From: Candidatus Fermentibacterota bacterium
GTDB lineage: Bacteria; JAFGKV01
DNA: 64,000 nucleotides
Assembly (NCBI GenBank): GCA_016928395.1
Contig: JAFGKV010000238.1
Span: 11,708-75,707, forward strand
Direction: 5' to 3'
A program made the position numbers and the translations under genes. The notes under the pieces were generated by a model, which saw only the letters and a list, made by a program, of their open reading frames with translations, had not been told where the DNA came from and made no database searches. Shown in pieces: positions 55,701 through 64,000 of this stretch; position 1 is the stretch's first letter, and the number at the start of each line of letters is the position of its first letter.

Positions 55701-58381
55701 CAAAGGTCGGCAATGCCACGTGGTCCAGTGTGGAGTACTGCCGGGTCTGGGCGGAAGGCCTCGGCCAGGAAGACGAGTCATGGATCCAGATCGCGAATCT
55801 GGAGGTCGTGGGGAGTACATGGCGGTCCACCGGCGTCGAAGCGCCGGACGGGCGGATCGACGATTCGGAGGTATTCCGGGTCAAGACCAGGAACAACAAA
55901 GACGATGCTCTGTATGTGCCGCCCTTTGACCCGGGCGAAGACGAGCGAACTGGGTATGTGCGGCGGGAGCAGTCGCTGGTGCTTTCGTTCGAGAGTATCG
56001 CCCCGGGGCATTGGGGCAGCGCATATCAGTCATTCTACCGCGACCAAGACTACTCGGGCTATCGCGGCATCGCAGTCTGGATTCGACCCCATGAGGTTCG
56101 GGATCAGGCGGGTATGGTACTGGATCCCTTGGTCTGGCTGCGGCTGGGCGCCAATGAGACCGACTACTACGAGATTCGGCTGCGGGCCGAGGCGGATCAA
56201 TGGCGCAAGGTCGAGATTGACATGGATCAGCTCACCCGGACGAAGGTCGATGGCGTCATCGAAACGCCCGAGGGCTATCTGCTCAGAGTAGTGGGGGCTC
56301 CCTCGATTACTCGCATTCGTCGGGGTGTAGTGGGGGTTGAGAACCCGTCAGGACGGCAGATGACAGGTGAGGTCTGGATCGATGAGCTCCATTTGGTCAG
56401 GGTCAAACGCGAGCAAGGAGCTGCGAGGCGGACCTCTGCCAAGGTGCAGATCGCCAATTTGGCTACCGTGGATGTGGACTACCGCAATCTGGACGCGACC
56501 TTCACCCGCCTGGACCAGCGGGGAAGCACGGGCGCGACCAGCAGCAGTACCACGGGCCAGGTTTCCGGCACTCTCTCGTTGGACCAGTTCTTTCCTGCCC
56601 GCTGGGGGATCCGGCTCCCTGTCGCGGCATCGCAATCCTCCCGTCGCTCAACGCCTCGATTGGCCACGGGAAGCGACGTGACGCTCACCAGCGACGAGCG
56701 GCGACGGGAGCGGACCGTTGATCAGAGCCGGAGGATCAGCATGAATCTGAGCAAGGCGAATCCCTCCAGGCATGCCATCATGCGGGCCACGCTGGACAAG
56801 ATCCGAGTCTCCGCCTCGTCCAGCAGGACGAACAATGCCGGCCCTGCCCGGGCCGACAGCAGCACCTCACATCGATTCTCCGTGGATTGGGGGTGGACAG
56901 CTTCTGCGAAGCAGCCGTTGCGGATTCCCTTGCTGGGGCTTGGGATCAACTACCTGCCCACGTCGGTGTCTCTTGGAGTGACCGGACAACAGACCGACCC
57001 CCGCGTGTGGGTCGTCAGCGGGGATTCACTGGTCTCTTCGCCCACGCGCTTCAGCCGCGATGTGGGCGAGAAGGCATCGGTGGGCTTTCAGCCGGTGAGG
57101 GCACTGGATGCGACCTACTCCTTCAACGCTACGCGCGATTTAACCTACATGTCGTCTAGCAGGGGAGAGCATCTGCTGGACGAGCAGCTACGGTACACTG
57201 ACCGGGTGCTGCCCTTTTGGCGAATCCTGGAGGCGCGCGAGACCAGGAGAAACCAACAATTGGGCCTTCGGCTGACCCAGCGGATCGCGGCATGGCTTGA
57301 CCCGAGCCTGACCTACGATGCGACATACAGCGAGAACCATGATCCCGGGCTCGCCGCGGCGCAGCCAGATTCCCAGGATGTGCGGGACGCGTCCACCAAC
57401 ACCAGCGCCAAGGCTCGGGCTACCTTCTCGCCTTCCCAGTTTCTCTCGTGGGTTTCCCGGATGCTGGGCAAGACGAAGTGGATGGAGGATGTCGCACGCA
57501 TCGGCGGGAAACTGCAGGCTATCCAGGGCAGCGTCGGTACCACCGTCTCGTCCAGCTACCGTGAACTCACCGAAAGACCCCCGCTGGGATACCAGTTTGG
57601 AGTGTGGCAGTCGCTGGAGGGGTCCGTACCTCATGACCTTTCCCGGCGGAACTCGTGGGATCTCAGCGGCGGAATCCAGATTCTGAAGGACCTGCGCGCC
57701 ACTGCACGAACAAGCTCCGAACGCACCCGGCGGGCATACAGCGGTGCCGAGACCGGGACGACCAGTTCCACGTTCCCGGATGTTGACGTCAGCTGGACGG
57801 GTCTCCACACAGTGGGCCCGCTCAAGGGAAGGGTGGCCAGCTCCACCGTTCGGTCAGCCCTGCGGATCACCACCGGCACCAGCGGCAAGTATGAGGGTGG
57901 AATCTTCAGTAAAGACGCAACTACCCGCCGGGAGGACTACTCGCCGCTTCTGAGCGTGAGCCTGACCCTCAAGAACCGGCTGACCTTCACGCTGGGAGAT
58001 ACGTATTCCAAGGATGAACGCGTGGATCTGCTACAGGCCATTCCCTCCACACGCACCTCTACGTCTCACCGCAGCAATGCCGCGGTGCAGTACGCCTTCA
58101 GCGCACCCCAGGGTTTGACCCTGCCCGTAGTGGGACAAATGAAGTTCAATTCGGATCTTAGATTGTCACTGGATATATCGCGGGATCGCCGTCTGGACAG
58201 AATAGGGGGGGCAGCACCCACCACCGACACGTCGACCTGGTCGGTGCGCCCAGGGGCCTCCTATGATTTCGGGGTGGTGGACTCCGGCGTGGAGATCGAA
58301 GTCGGCCAGACGAGCAACAGCAAACTCAACCAGACGAGGCGTGAGATTGGGCTGAGAGTATGGGTGAACTTTCCTTTCTGA
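52769..58381 (+). CDS. sprA: SprA-like type IX secretion outer-membrane translocon
   Basis: GNVGDKI..DHDS, YEGTEDEIL..EAGNTSL, GLFGI, LRNVYYLG, DTEDLNRNG, GEVWIDEL, beta-rich C-terminus ending in F; about 1870 aa. Confidence 0.9.
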   Translation: MNHWRILHLFIALCGVASPRGAAVGVGTLWLGSPAGPAHLASPHPPHLVLGADSLALLRMDKAVWKKYATALELPWLDAEAPTLFRLNSDQLSSHATAMARRDVSRLWHEAVVRKKTASEREGGGLLKDIELPVKLPGLLGHVVSGKAGLRVSGRQRLELGGRSSYQVGGLADPNRSNSKFPQLHMEQQLRVSLKGNVGDKISVLVDHDSGQRSSDKNKIRIRYEGTEDEILREVEAGNTSLSLGSGPEFITPSFSHQGLFGIRAGGQVGPATLTVIASKEESQKQTTSFTGQAKLDTIQINDTQYVHNQFYSVMMMPGASSLVIDPTDSVTSITVYLDNQVDNAERIQSGTKAICYLDPRAPSEEETYRGVFTVLREAGDYDFSSSTGILELKQPLMENSVLAVAYTSRNQGVVGGAAIGDSVSLKLVKPPNMNPESKTWAYELRNVYYLGSRSIDTSKFRLTIKRRVASGTDLEIYNGNTYLNLLGLDNDRNGMVDLDRSVLDPDRGILVFPNPEPFNQPAVLDTVNPTIYREQYSRLKPEHNLYYLEASYELLQSTYALSPFMIENSAVVRVNGRTMVRGQDYDIEFFELRFRAGVITGPDDNVVISYEVKPLFASGQKTLVGARFELPTSRVTKVGATWMYQSEGGPRTTLLPRFGEEPRRSMVAGLDGRVEFKPQWLTDAANFLPFVATDAPSTITLSAELAYSMPNPNIRGGATVDDMEGNREATPLPLAFRRWSLGSLPFGVNAAGQDTLFYWHNFGYSDPSKLSKGDIYPDSVLTDDRERDELVEVLNLRVHPSADAPGGTWAAIQTLVQAGGADLTEREYLEVLVRGDTGRLHIDLGAVSEDQARKGTGGNGVLDTEDQNPRDGEFFALEEDTGFDGLRNADEPGEGHDPAGDDYAYDSARPQDYTKVNGEEGNDVWDTEDLNRNGQIDVREAFFSFDLPLDSYSELIEAEYQNGWRLFRIPLGSDQVAKVGNATWSSVEYCRVWAEGLGQEDESWIQIANLEVVGSTWRSTGVEAPDGRIDDSEVFRVKTRNNKDDALYVPPFDPGEDERTGYVRREQSLVLSFESIAPGHWGSAYQSFYRDQDYSGYRGIAVWIRPHEVRDQAGMVLDPLVWLRLGANETDYYEIRLRAEADQWRKVEIDMDQLTRTKVDGVIETPEGYLLRVVGAPSITRIRRGVVGVENPSGRQMTGEVWIDELHLVRVKREQGAARRTSAKVQIANLATVDVDYRNLDATFTRLDQRGSTGATSSSTTGQVSGTLSLDQFFPARWGIRLPVAASQSSRRSTPRLATGSDVTLTSDERRRERTVDQSRRISMNLSKANPSRHAIMRATLDKIRVSASSSRTNNAGPARADSSTSHRFSVDWGWTASAKQPLRIPLLGLGINYLPTSVSLGVTGQQTDPRVWVVSGDSLVSSPTRFSRDVGEKASVGFQPVRALDATYSFNATRDLTYMSSSRGEHLLDEQLRYTDRVLPFWRILEARETRRNQQLGLRLTQRIAAWLDPSLTYDATYSENHDPGLAAAQPDSQDVRDASTNTSAKARATFSPSQFLSWVSRMLGKTKWMEDVARIGGKLQAIQGSVGTTVSSSYRELTERPPLGYQFGVWQSLEGSVPHDLSRRNSWDLSGGIQILKDLRATARTSSERTRRAYSGAETGTTSSTFPDVDVSWTGLHTVGPLKGRVASSTVRSALRITTGTSGKYEGGIFSKDATTRREDYSPLLSVSLTLKNRLTFTLGDTYSKDERVDLLQAIPSTRTSTSHRSNAAVQYAFSAPQGLTLPVVGQMKFNSDLRLSLDISRDRRLDRIGGAAPTTDTSTWSVRPGASYDFGVVDSGVEIEVGQTSNSKLNQTRREIGLRVWVNFPF

Positions 58382-61266
58382 GCAGACCCCTCGTGGGCTG
58401 TTTCTTCGCGGTATTGCCGGTTTTCTCAGGGATGACGCCCGCCGCAGCGCAGCCGGCGTCCGTCTCGTTCGCCGGGTTGGACAGCCTGCGCATCTGGCCA
58501 GGGCAAGACATTACGATCAGCGTTGAAGTCGGCGGCGCGTCCGAGGGAACCTGCACCGTCTCCAATCTTTCCAGCGGCGATTCGGTTACTCGCGGCTTCA
58601 GTACGGCCGATTCGGTGGCGCTCATCGTATTGCCGTTTGGTCCAGGATGGACGGTGGGATCGGGTGTGTCTGCAGATACGCTGCTGCAGGCTTCGTACGG
58701 ACACTTGATCGCGGCCTCCGTGGAAGGGGTCTCCGATACTGCCAGAATCGGTATCGAGGCCGCTCGAATCGTCGTGGCGCCGGAGGATGCGGCAGTGGGT
58801 GCCGTACTCACGATTTCTCTGGAGGATCGTGATCAGGATCTGGATACGACGCTGCCCGACACGATCAGTGTCACGTGGTCGAGCCTGCTGGCCCAGCGGG
58901 AAGGGCAGATCATTCTCGAGGAGTCAGGCCCGAGCACAGGCGTGTTCTCGGCATCCGTGTCTGTGGCATGTGTTCTCGACGAAGATCCTCCCGGTGATGC
59001 AGTACTAGTGATTGACGCCGACACTCTATCATTCATGTTCCGGGACTCCCTGGCGGCGTGGGTTGGATGGGATCCTCCCTACGGCCTCGACATCGCCCGT
59101 TTCCAGCCAGTGACGACCCGCACGGCCACGCTGTCCGTGATTCATCCTGACTACGGAGATGTCGTCTTCTTGCCTTTGGACGGCGATTCCCTTGAGGTGT
59201 GCGTGGCCGAGCCTGACCTCGCCGGAGTGGGCGAGCTCGACGCCCGGGCGTTCATCCGCACCCCAGAGGGGATCATGGCGGACTCTACGCAGCTGGAGCT
59301 AGTCGAGACCTCAGATGGTACGTTTTCCGGCAGTGTCTTGCTTGGCGCCATAGGTGGGGGTCTTGACGCCCTGAGCGGCGATTCACTCCTCGTTACCTAC
59401 CTTGATCGGGCCAATGATCTGGGGCTGTCCGGGGCCGAAACCGTGTCGGCTCTGGTTGGCGCCGTGGTCGTATCCGGGGCCATTCTGGACACGCTGTGGC
59501 TTCCCGGTGTGCCCCTGGTATTGGCCGACACGGTCACGGTGGAATCCGGTCATCATCTGCGGGTCGCACCAGGCTGCATCGTCGGCGCACTGCCGAACCG
59601 ATCTGTTGTCTGGCACGTGGACGGGACGCTGGAGTTGGGGGAAGCAGAGGAGGACTCCGTGTGGGTGAAAAGCGCGGCCCGGGAACGCAGACGCGGCGAC
59701 TGGCTTGGGTTTGCGATTGCGGGAACTCTGGAGGCCCGCGTCGCATCCATTGCGGATGCCGTGACCGGCACTGCCGTAATGCCGGGGGCATCGGTTGACC
59801 TGGAGGGCGTGAGGTTCAGCAACTGCGGCCTTGCATCGGGGGGTGAGCTGGCCGTGTGGAAGCAGGCCAGGAGGGGCGATCAGGATATCGCGCATTTCGC
59901 ACGTCAGGCACGGTCGGTACCCGGCGCGATTTCGGCTACAGATGCGCATGTCGAAGTCAGGCAGGGGGTGATTGAGGAGAATGGTGGATTCGGCGTGTTC
60001 ACTGATGGAGGTGACTGCGCACTGTCGAATTCCACAATCAGGGCCAATGCAATGGATGGTCTTCTGGCCATCGGGGGGACTTGCCGGGTGGATAGTGGGC
60101 GTATCACCGGCAACGGAGAAGGCGGCATCTACGTCGTCCAGGGCGATCTCGCCATGATGAACGCATCCGCCTCCTGGAATGATCTTCAGGGAGTCTATGC
60201 CGTGGGCGGAATCATGGAGTTGTCTGGCGCGGAGCTGCTTGGGAATAGGGGGGGCGGCCTGATGGTGCGCGATGCCAATCAGTCCATGGTGGTTGCCACC
60301 TTGATCTCGAAGAACCATGGATCTGGCATCGACGAGGCGTGGGACTGTCGCCTCGGCATGGAGTCCAGCACGGTAGCGGGCAATGGGGGGGACGGACTGG
60401 CGGTGAACTACCACAGCGGATTCACCATCTCGGCATCAACGCTGGCCTTTAATAGGCGGTACTCGGTCAATGTCGGCCCGTGGTGCACAGTTAGTGACAC
60501 TCTCGACGCCCGCCAGTGCTGGTGGGGCGTCGCCATACCCCCGTTGGACAGCACAGGGGTGAACAACGGGCTCATCTATGACGGGGTGGATAGCCCAGGA
60601 CGGGCCGTCGTTGACTTTTCTTCCTGGCGTACCACGCCACCGCCCCCCCCCGCGCCCGGCGAATTGGTTCCAGCCGGCGGTGAAGTGCTCACCTTCGTCG
60701 GGGGTGGCGGAGGGCCAGGCGACACCTTGGCGCTCGAGCTCTCGCCGTCTGGTGAAGCTCCGGCGCGATATGCCGCAGTCGCCGTCGCAAGCAGCCTCGA
60801 CACTCTGGTATGCCTTCTCCTATCGACCGAATCAGTCGGCGGCGGCCCTCTTCGAGGACAGATCGTCCTGAGTGCGACGGCGGACCTGACCGCACCGGAC
60901 CAGTTGGCTGCGGCCACTGCCGACCAGATTCGCGCCTGGTGGGTTGCTGATTCGACAGTCACTGCAGATCTGACCCTGCCCGCCGTGCACCCTGAAGAGA
61001 TACCATCCGATATGCGACTGGAGGTCTACCCTAATCCTTTCTCGACCTCTCTGGAGCTTGCCTGGCGCGCCCCCTCGCCGGGCGTGGAGGTAGCCGTTCT
61101 TGACATGGCCGGCCGCCGACTCTGGCATCGGCGGAATCTTGAGTCAATCGGTAGGATAACCCTGGGCGGTGAGTGCACTCGCCCCTGGCCGCAGGGCGTC
61201 TATGTCGTGGTGGTGCGAAACGTCGACCGTCGGCAGTGTGCGCGGGTCATCCTCATTCGAGGGTAG
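58360..61266 (+). CDS. Secreted protein with right-handed beta-helix and T9SS type A-like C-terminal domain
   Basis: Repeated I..N...G(I/L) beta-helix units, CWWG; tail VYPNPF..DMAGR..GVYVV; start approximate. Confidence 0.82.
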   Translation: MGELSFLSRPLVGCFFAVLPVFSGMTPAAAQPASVSFAGLDSLRIWPGQDITISVEVGGASEGTCTVSNLSSGDSVTRGFSTADSVALIVLPFGPGWTVGSGVSADTLLQASYGHLIAASVEGVSDTARIGIEAARIVVAPEDAAVGAVLTISLEDRDQDLDTTLPDTISVTWSSLLAQREGQIILEESGPSTGVFSASVSVACVLDEDPPGDAVLVIDADTLSFMFRDSLAAWVGWDPPYGLDIARFQPVTTRTATLSVIHPDYGDVVFLPLDGDSLEVCVAEPDLAGVGELDARAFIRTPEGIMADSTQLELVETSDGTFSGSVLLGAIGGGLDALSGDSLLVTYLDRANDLGLSGAETVSALVGAVVVSGAILDTLWLPGVPLVLADTVTVESGHHLRVAPGCIVGALPNRSVVWHVDGTLELGEAEEDSVWVKSAARERRRGDWLGFAIAGTLEARVASIADAVTGTAVMPGASVDLEGVRFSNCGLASGGELAVWKQARRGDQDIAHFARQARSVPGAISATDAHVEVRQGVIEENGGFGVFTDGGDCALSNSTIRANAMDGLLAIGGTCRVDSGRITGNGEGGIYVVQGDLAMMNASASWNDLQGVYAVGGIMELSGAELLGNRGGGLMVRDANQSMVVATLISKNHGSGIDEAWDCRLGMESSTVAGNGGDGLAVNYHSGFTISASTLAFNRRYSVNVGPWCTVSDTLDARQCWWGVAIPPLDSTGVNNGLIYDGVDSPGRAVVDFSSWRTTPPPPPAPGELVPAGGEVLTFVGGGGGPGDTLALELSPSGEAPARYAAVAVASSLDTLVCLLLSTESVGGGPLRGQIVLSATADLTAPDQLAAATADQIRAWWVADSTVTADLTLPAVHPEEIPSDMRLEVYPNPFSTSLELAWRAPSPGVEVAVLDMAGRRLWHRRNLESIGRITLGGECTRPWPQGVYVVVVRNVDRRQCARVILIRG

Positions 61267-61302
61267 GGGAAAGAACTGGCGCGGCGTGCGGGCATTCGTG
61301 AG

Positions 61303-61488
61303 GTGAGTGCGCTGCAAGTGTTCACGAGGCGCGAGCGGACAGTGCTCTGGGCGATGGCAGTCGTGATTGTCGTTCTTTCGGTGGTCAGATTGCTTCACGA
61401 CGCCCGTTTGTTGGGCATGTTCCAAAGGGGGGAGATCCTCCGTACGATCGAGGGCGAACCTCGCCATGACAGGACGCATATTCCCTAG
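61303..61488 (+). CDS. Small single-TM protein (resembles ComEA-type N-terminal anchor)
   Basis: FTRRER followed by a hydrophobic helix. Confidence 0.4.
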   Translation: MSALQVFTRRERTVLWAMAVVIVVLSVVRLLHDARLLGMFQRGEILRTIEGEPRHDRTHIP

Positions 61489-61576
61489 TTGACAGGCCTT
61501 GTCCCACGGTGCATCTTCGTGGTTTGTCATTCGACCCTGCTCACGCGATGTTTGGATCCATTGAAAGGAGAGCGCG

Positions 61577-62251
61577 ATGATGGTGAAGAGGAACGGTGGT
61601 ATCTCTCTCATTGATGTTATGATCGTGCTCGCGGTGATAGCCGTGATAGCCGTGTTGCTTGTGCCCAAGTACAATGAGAAGAAAGCACGGGAACTCAGAG
61701 CCGAGATGATCACGGAAGCTCGGGAAGCCATGCTCGAGGCAAAGCTCGCCCAAGAACTCCATTTTGAGCGGCATGGCCGGTTCACCGACGATCTCAATGA
61801 GCTGGCTGTCTTCAACCCCGCATTGCGTGATCTGAGGTGTCCTTTCGACAAGGCACCGTACGCCATCGCCTACGACTCCACACGGTTTGCGATCTCCTGT
61901 TCCGTGCCGGATCCAGGCGCCATCGAGGGCGGCGTTCCATCGTGGCTGGCGGAGCCGGGCGCCGAGGGACTCCGCGCCTCATTGATCATGCGATCCAGGG
62001 ATCGCATGGCGAAGGTGGCCGCCGCGCTGGATTCATTCAAGGCAATCACCGGATCGTATACCGCCGATCTGGATACTCTGGAATCCCAGACGCCGGGTGT
62101 TAAGAACCTCTTGTGCCCCCTCATGATGAAGCGGTTCTCCATTATCCTGTCTGACTCGCTTGGATACGAAGTGACATCCCATCTGGACGAGGTTGGACGG
62201 ATCGTGGATGGCACGCCGGATTACCCACCCCTACCGACCCCCAAGACCTGA
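61577..62251 (+). CDS. Type IV pilin-like protein with duplicated head domain
   Basis: AAGGAG RBS; KRNGG|ISLIDVMIVLAVIAVIAVLLVP prepilin leader; next to pilD; upstream TTGACA-N17-CATCTT. Confidence 0.82.
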   Translation: MMVKRNGGISLIDVMIVLAVIAVIAVLLVPKYNEKKARELRAEMITEAREAMLEAKLAQELHFERHGRFTDDLNELAVFNPALRDLRCPFDKAPYAIAYDSTRFAISCSVPDPGAIEGGVPSWLAEPGAEGLRASLIMRSRDRMAKVAAALDSFKAITGSYTADLDTLESQTPGVKNLLCPLMMKRFSIILSDSLGYEVTSHLDEVGRIVDGTPDYPPLPTPKT

Positions 62252-62353
62252 CGGCCGGGGGAGTCCATCGCCGGGGGGTCTGTCTGGAGAGGATTGCCTC
62301 GCATCCGGCTCACGGCCCTGGCTTTGTGTCTGGTGGCTAAGGTAGTGTGATCC

Positions 62354-63130
62354 TTGTGCTTCACGGCTAGTCTCACGCTGCCCGTGTTCGCGCTAGGAGC
62401 GTGCATCGGCAGTTTTCTGAACGTGGTGGTCTACCGGTTGCCGCGGGGCGAGTCAGTGGCATGGCCGGGTTCGCGATGCCCCTGGTGCACGGCGCCGCTG
62501 GCGGCGTTGGACAACATACCGCTCTTCAGCTTCCTGCTGCTTTCCGCCCGGTGCAGGTACTGTGGCGCGCCCATAGCCTTGCGCTACCCGGTGGTGGAAG
62601 GCATTGGCGGTCTGCTGGCAGTGTGTACATGTATCCTGTGGGGTTTTACACCATCAGGCCTCATGTGGGCGGTGTTTCTTGCCACTTTGGTGGCGGTGGC
62701 GCTGATCGACCTCGACACTTTCGTGATTCCAGATTCTCTGTGCCTCCTTCTTGTTGGCTGCGGGCTCGTGCTGGCCCATGTGTCTCCCGATGAGGGATCA
62801 TTGTCTTCTCGGCTTCTCGCGGGGGCGCTGAGTGCGGGGGGTGTGTGGGCGTTGAGTGTGATGACTCGTGGAGGCATGGGCATGGGCGATGCGAAGCTCC
62901 TTGGCGCCATGGGAATCGCACTGGGGCCGCGCGGAGTGGCGTTCGCATTCGGTCTCGCCGTGCTGTTGGGGGCCATCTCAGGTGTATGGCTGCTGGCTCT
63001 CAAACGTAAGCGGAGCGGAGATCCCGTTCCGTTTGGGCCATTTCTCGTCCTGGGCGCACTGGTGGCTGCACTGGGCGGGAACCAGATAGCTGAATGGTAT
63101 TCGAGGGCACTCCTCGGTATCTTGGATTGA
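62354..63130 (+). CDS. pilD: Prepilin peptidase (A24)
   Basis: GSFLNVVVYRLP, SRCPWC..RCRYC, IDLD, MGMGDAKL, PFGPFL. Confidence 0.95.
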   Translation: MCFTASLTLPVFALGACIGSFLNVVVYRLPRGESVAWPGSRCPWCTAPLAALDNIPLFSFLLLSARCRYCGAPIALRYPVVEGIGGLLAVCTCILWGFTPSGLMWAVFLATLVAVALIDLDTFVIPDSLCLLLVGCGLVLAHVSPDEGSLSSRLLAGALSAGGVWALSVMTRGGMGMGDAKLLGAMGIALGPRGVAFAFGLAVLLGAISGVWLLALKRKRSGDPVPFGPFLVLGALVAALGGNQIAEWYSRALLGILD

Positions 63131-63231
63131 TGCCGTGCGTATCGGAAGGCAGCTTGACGGATGCGCAAGGTCGAGTTACTCTATGACTAACGAGCCAAAC
63201 CGTGTATAGACGCCCCTGCCGGGAGTGATCA

Positions 63232-64000
63232 ATGCCTGGGAAACAGCCGAATGCCTTTGTTGATATTCTGGTTGCCGAAGGCCTGCTTTCCAAGAAGCGA
63301 GCCCGGGACATCATCAAGTCTTCCTCACGGGTGGGGAAGTCATCCATCGAACTAGCGATCGAGGAAGGCGCCGTTGCCCTTGATGCCGTGGATCGGGTTG
63401 CAGAGAACATGGGTCTTAGCTGCCCTGATCTTGATACCTCGATGGTTGACTGGCTCGCAGTGAATCGGGTCACTCTGGCCGAGGCCCAGAGGATTCCTAT
63501 GGCGCCGCTGGTGGGCGACGGGAAAGAGCTGCGAGTCGCTGTCGTCGACCCATTCGATGCGGACCTTGTCGGTCTGCTCCGGGATCAGTTTGGCTGTCCC
63601 GTAACCCTCATGTTTGCACATCCCGCCCGAATCCGGGCCGTTCTTGCACAAGGCCCTCCCGCCGAAGGCGAGGGAGATCTGGCTGCTGTTGCTTCCTTCG
63701 CCGACTTCGTGGTGGATGAAGGCCAACGCCGTGTCGTTGAGGAAGTGCAAAACTTCATTCGCACCGATACGGAATGGCGACGTCCTGTGCTGCTGGTAGG
63801 TCCAGGTTGCGTGGGCAAGACCCATTTGCTCAACGCTGCTCGGCAGGAGTTGGGCAGCCTGCACCCGAGTCGCACCGTGCTTTTCATTGAAGGCCGGCAT
63901 GCTAAAGATAAAACCGCTCCCTTTGGCACCCATCTCTCTCCTGGTGGGTTGATCCTGGATGATCTGGATTCCCTCGCCGGAGATGCGCGGCTGGAAGAGG
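63232..64000 (+). CDS. GspE/PilB N-terminal (MshEN-like) domain fused to DnaA/Hda-like AAA+ ATPase (3' truncated)
   Basis: Translated by hand, absent from ORF track: DILVAEGLLS..LRVAVVDPFD, then SFADFVV..PVLLVGPGCVGKTHLLNA..LILDDLDSLAG; upstream TTGACG-N17-TACTCT. Confidence 0.8.
   Translation, partial: MPGKQPNAFVDILVAEGLLSKKRARDIIKSSSRVGKSSIELAIEEGAVALDAVDRVAENMGLSCPDLDTSMVDWLAVNRVTLAEAQRIPMAPLVGDGKELRVAVVDPFDADLVGLLRDQFGCPVTLMFAHPARIRAVLAQGPPAEGEGDLAAVASFADFVVDEGQRRVVEEVQNFIRTDTEWRRPVLLVGPGCVGKTHLLNAARQELGSLHPSRTVLFIEGRHAKDKTAPFGTHLSPGGLILDDLDSLAGDARLEE

Noticed and set aside
586-63933. Numerous long antisense or alternate-frame ORFs (for example 586-1437, 54233-55459, 59383-60414, 63352-63933)
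   Set aside because: They shadow well-supported genes, as expected in GC-rich DNA, and show no family motifs
1-64000. CRISPR arrays, tRNA/rRNA, transposases, integrases, prophage or defence genes
   Set aside because: No spaced direct repeats, cloverleaf or rRNA signatures, or mobile-element motifs were seen

Overview
A 64-kb, GC-rich, gene-dense chromosomal segment from a diderm bacterium. The fused lpxC-fabZ, SprA, C25 peptidases and FlgD/T9SS-like tails point to an FCB-superphylum lineage outside Bacteroidota (inference). Left to right: (1) an outer-membrane/lipid A operon (bamA end, skp, lpxC-fabZ, lpxA, gnnA-like oxidoreductase, lpxB, DUF374/LpxJ-like, lpxK), then nadB, a CHASE2 adenylate cyclase, a cNMP-domain MscS channel, an M48 protease and small membrane proteins; (2) an ~18.4-kb, 12-gene minus-strand unit with three C25 (gingipain-like) proteins, the poly-gamma-glutamate genes pgsB-pgsC-pgsW, a secreted protein, an outer-membrane beta-barrel, an LVIVD lipoprotein and an FG-GAP protein; (3) a PLD-family protein and dtxR-feoA-feoB; (4) a GAF-PP2C phosphatase and glycosylation genes; (5) a DUF362/lipoprotein pair, a two-component system, an FHA protein, sprA and a T9SS-type cargo; (6) a pilin, pilD and a truncated gene fusing a GspE/PilB N-terminal domain to a DnaA/Hda-like ATPase. 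I saw no tRNA, rRNA, CRISPR array or mobile element. Best leads: a diderm poly-gamma-glutamate export module, a shared C-terminal Fn3-like domain that may be a sorting signal, the PilB-N/DnaA fusion, and a cyclase-channel cAMP module. All family calls come from reading motifs by eye; no searches were run.
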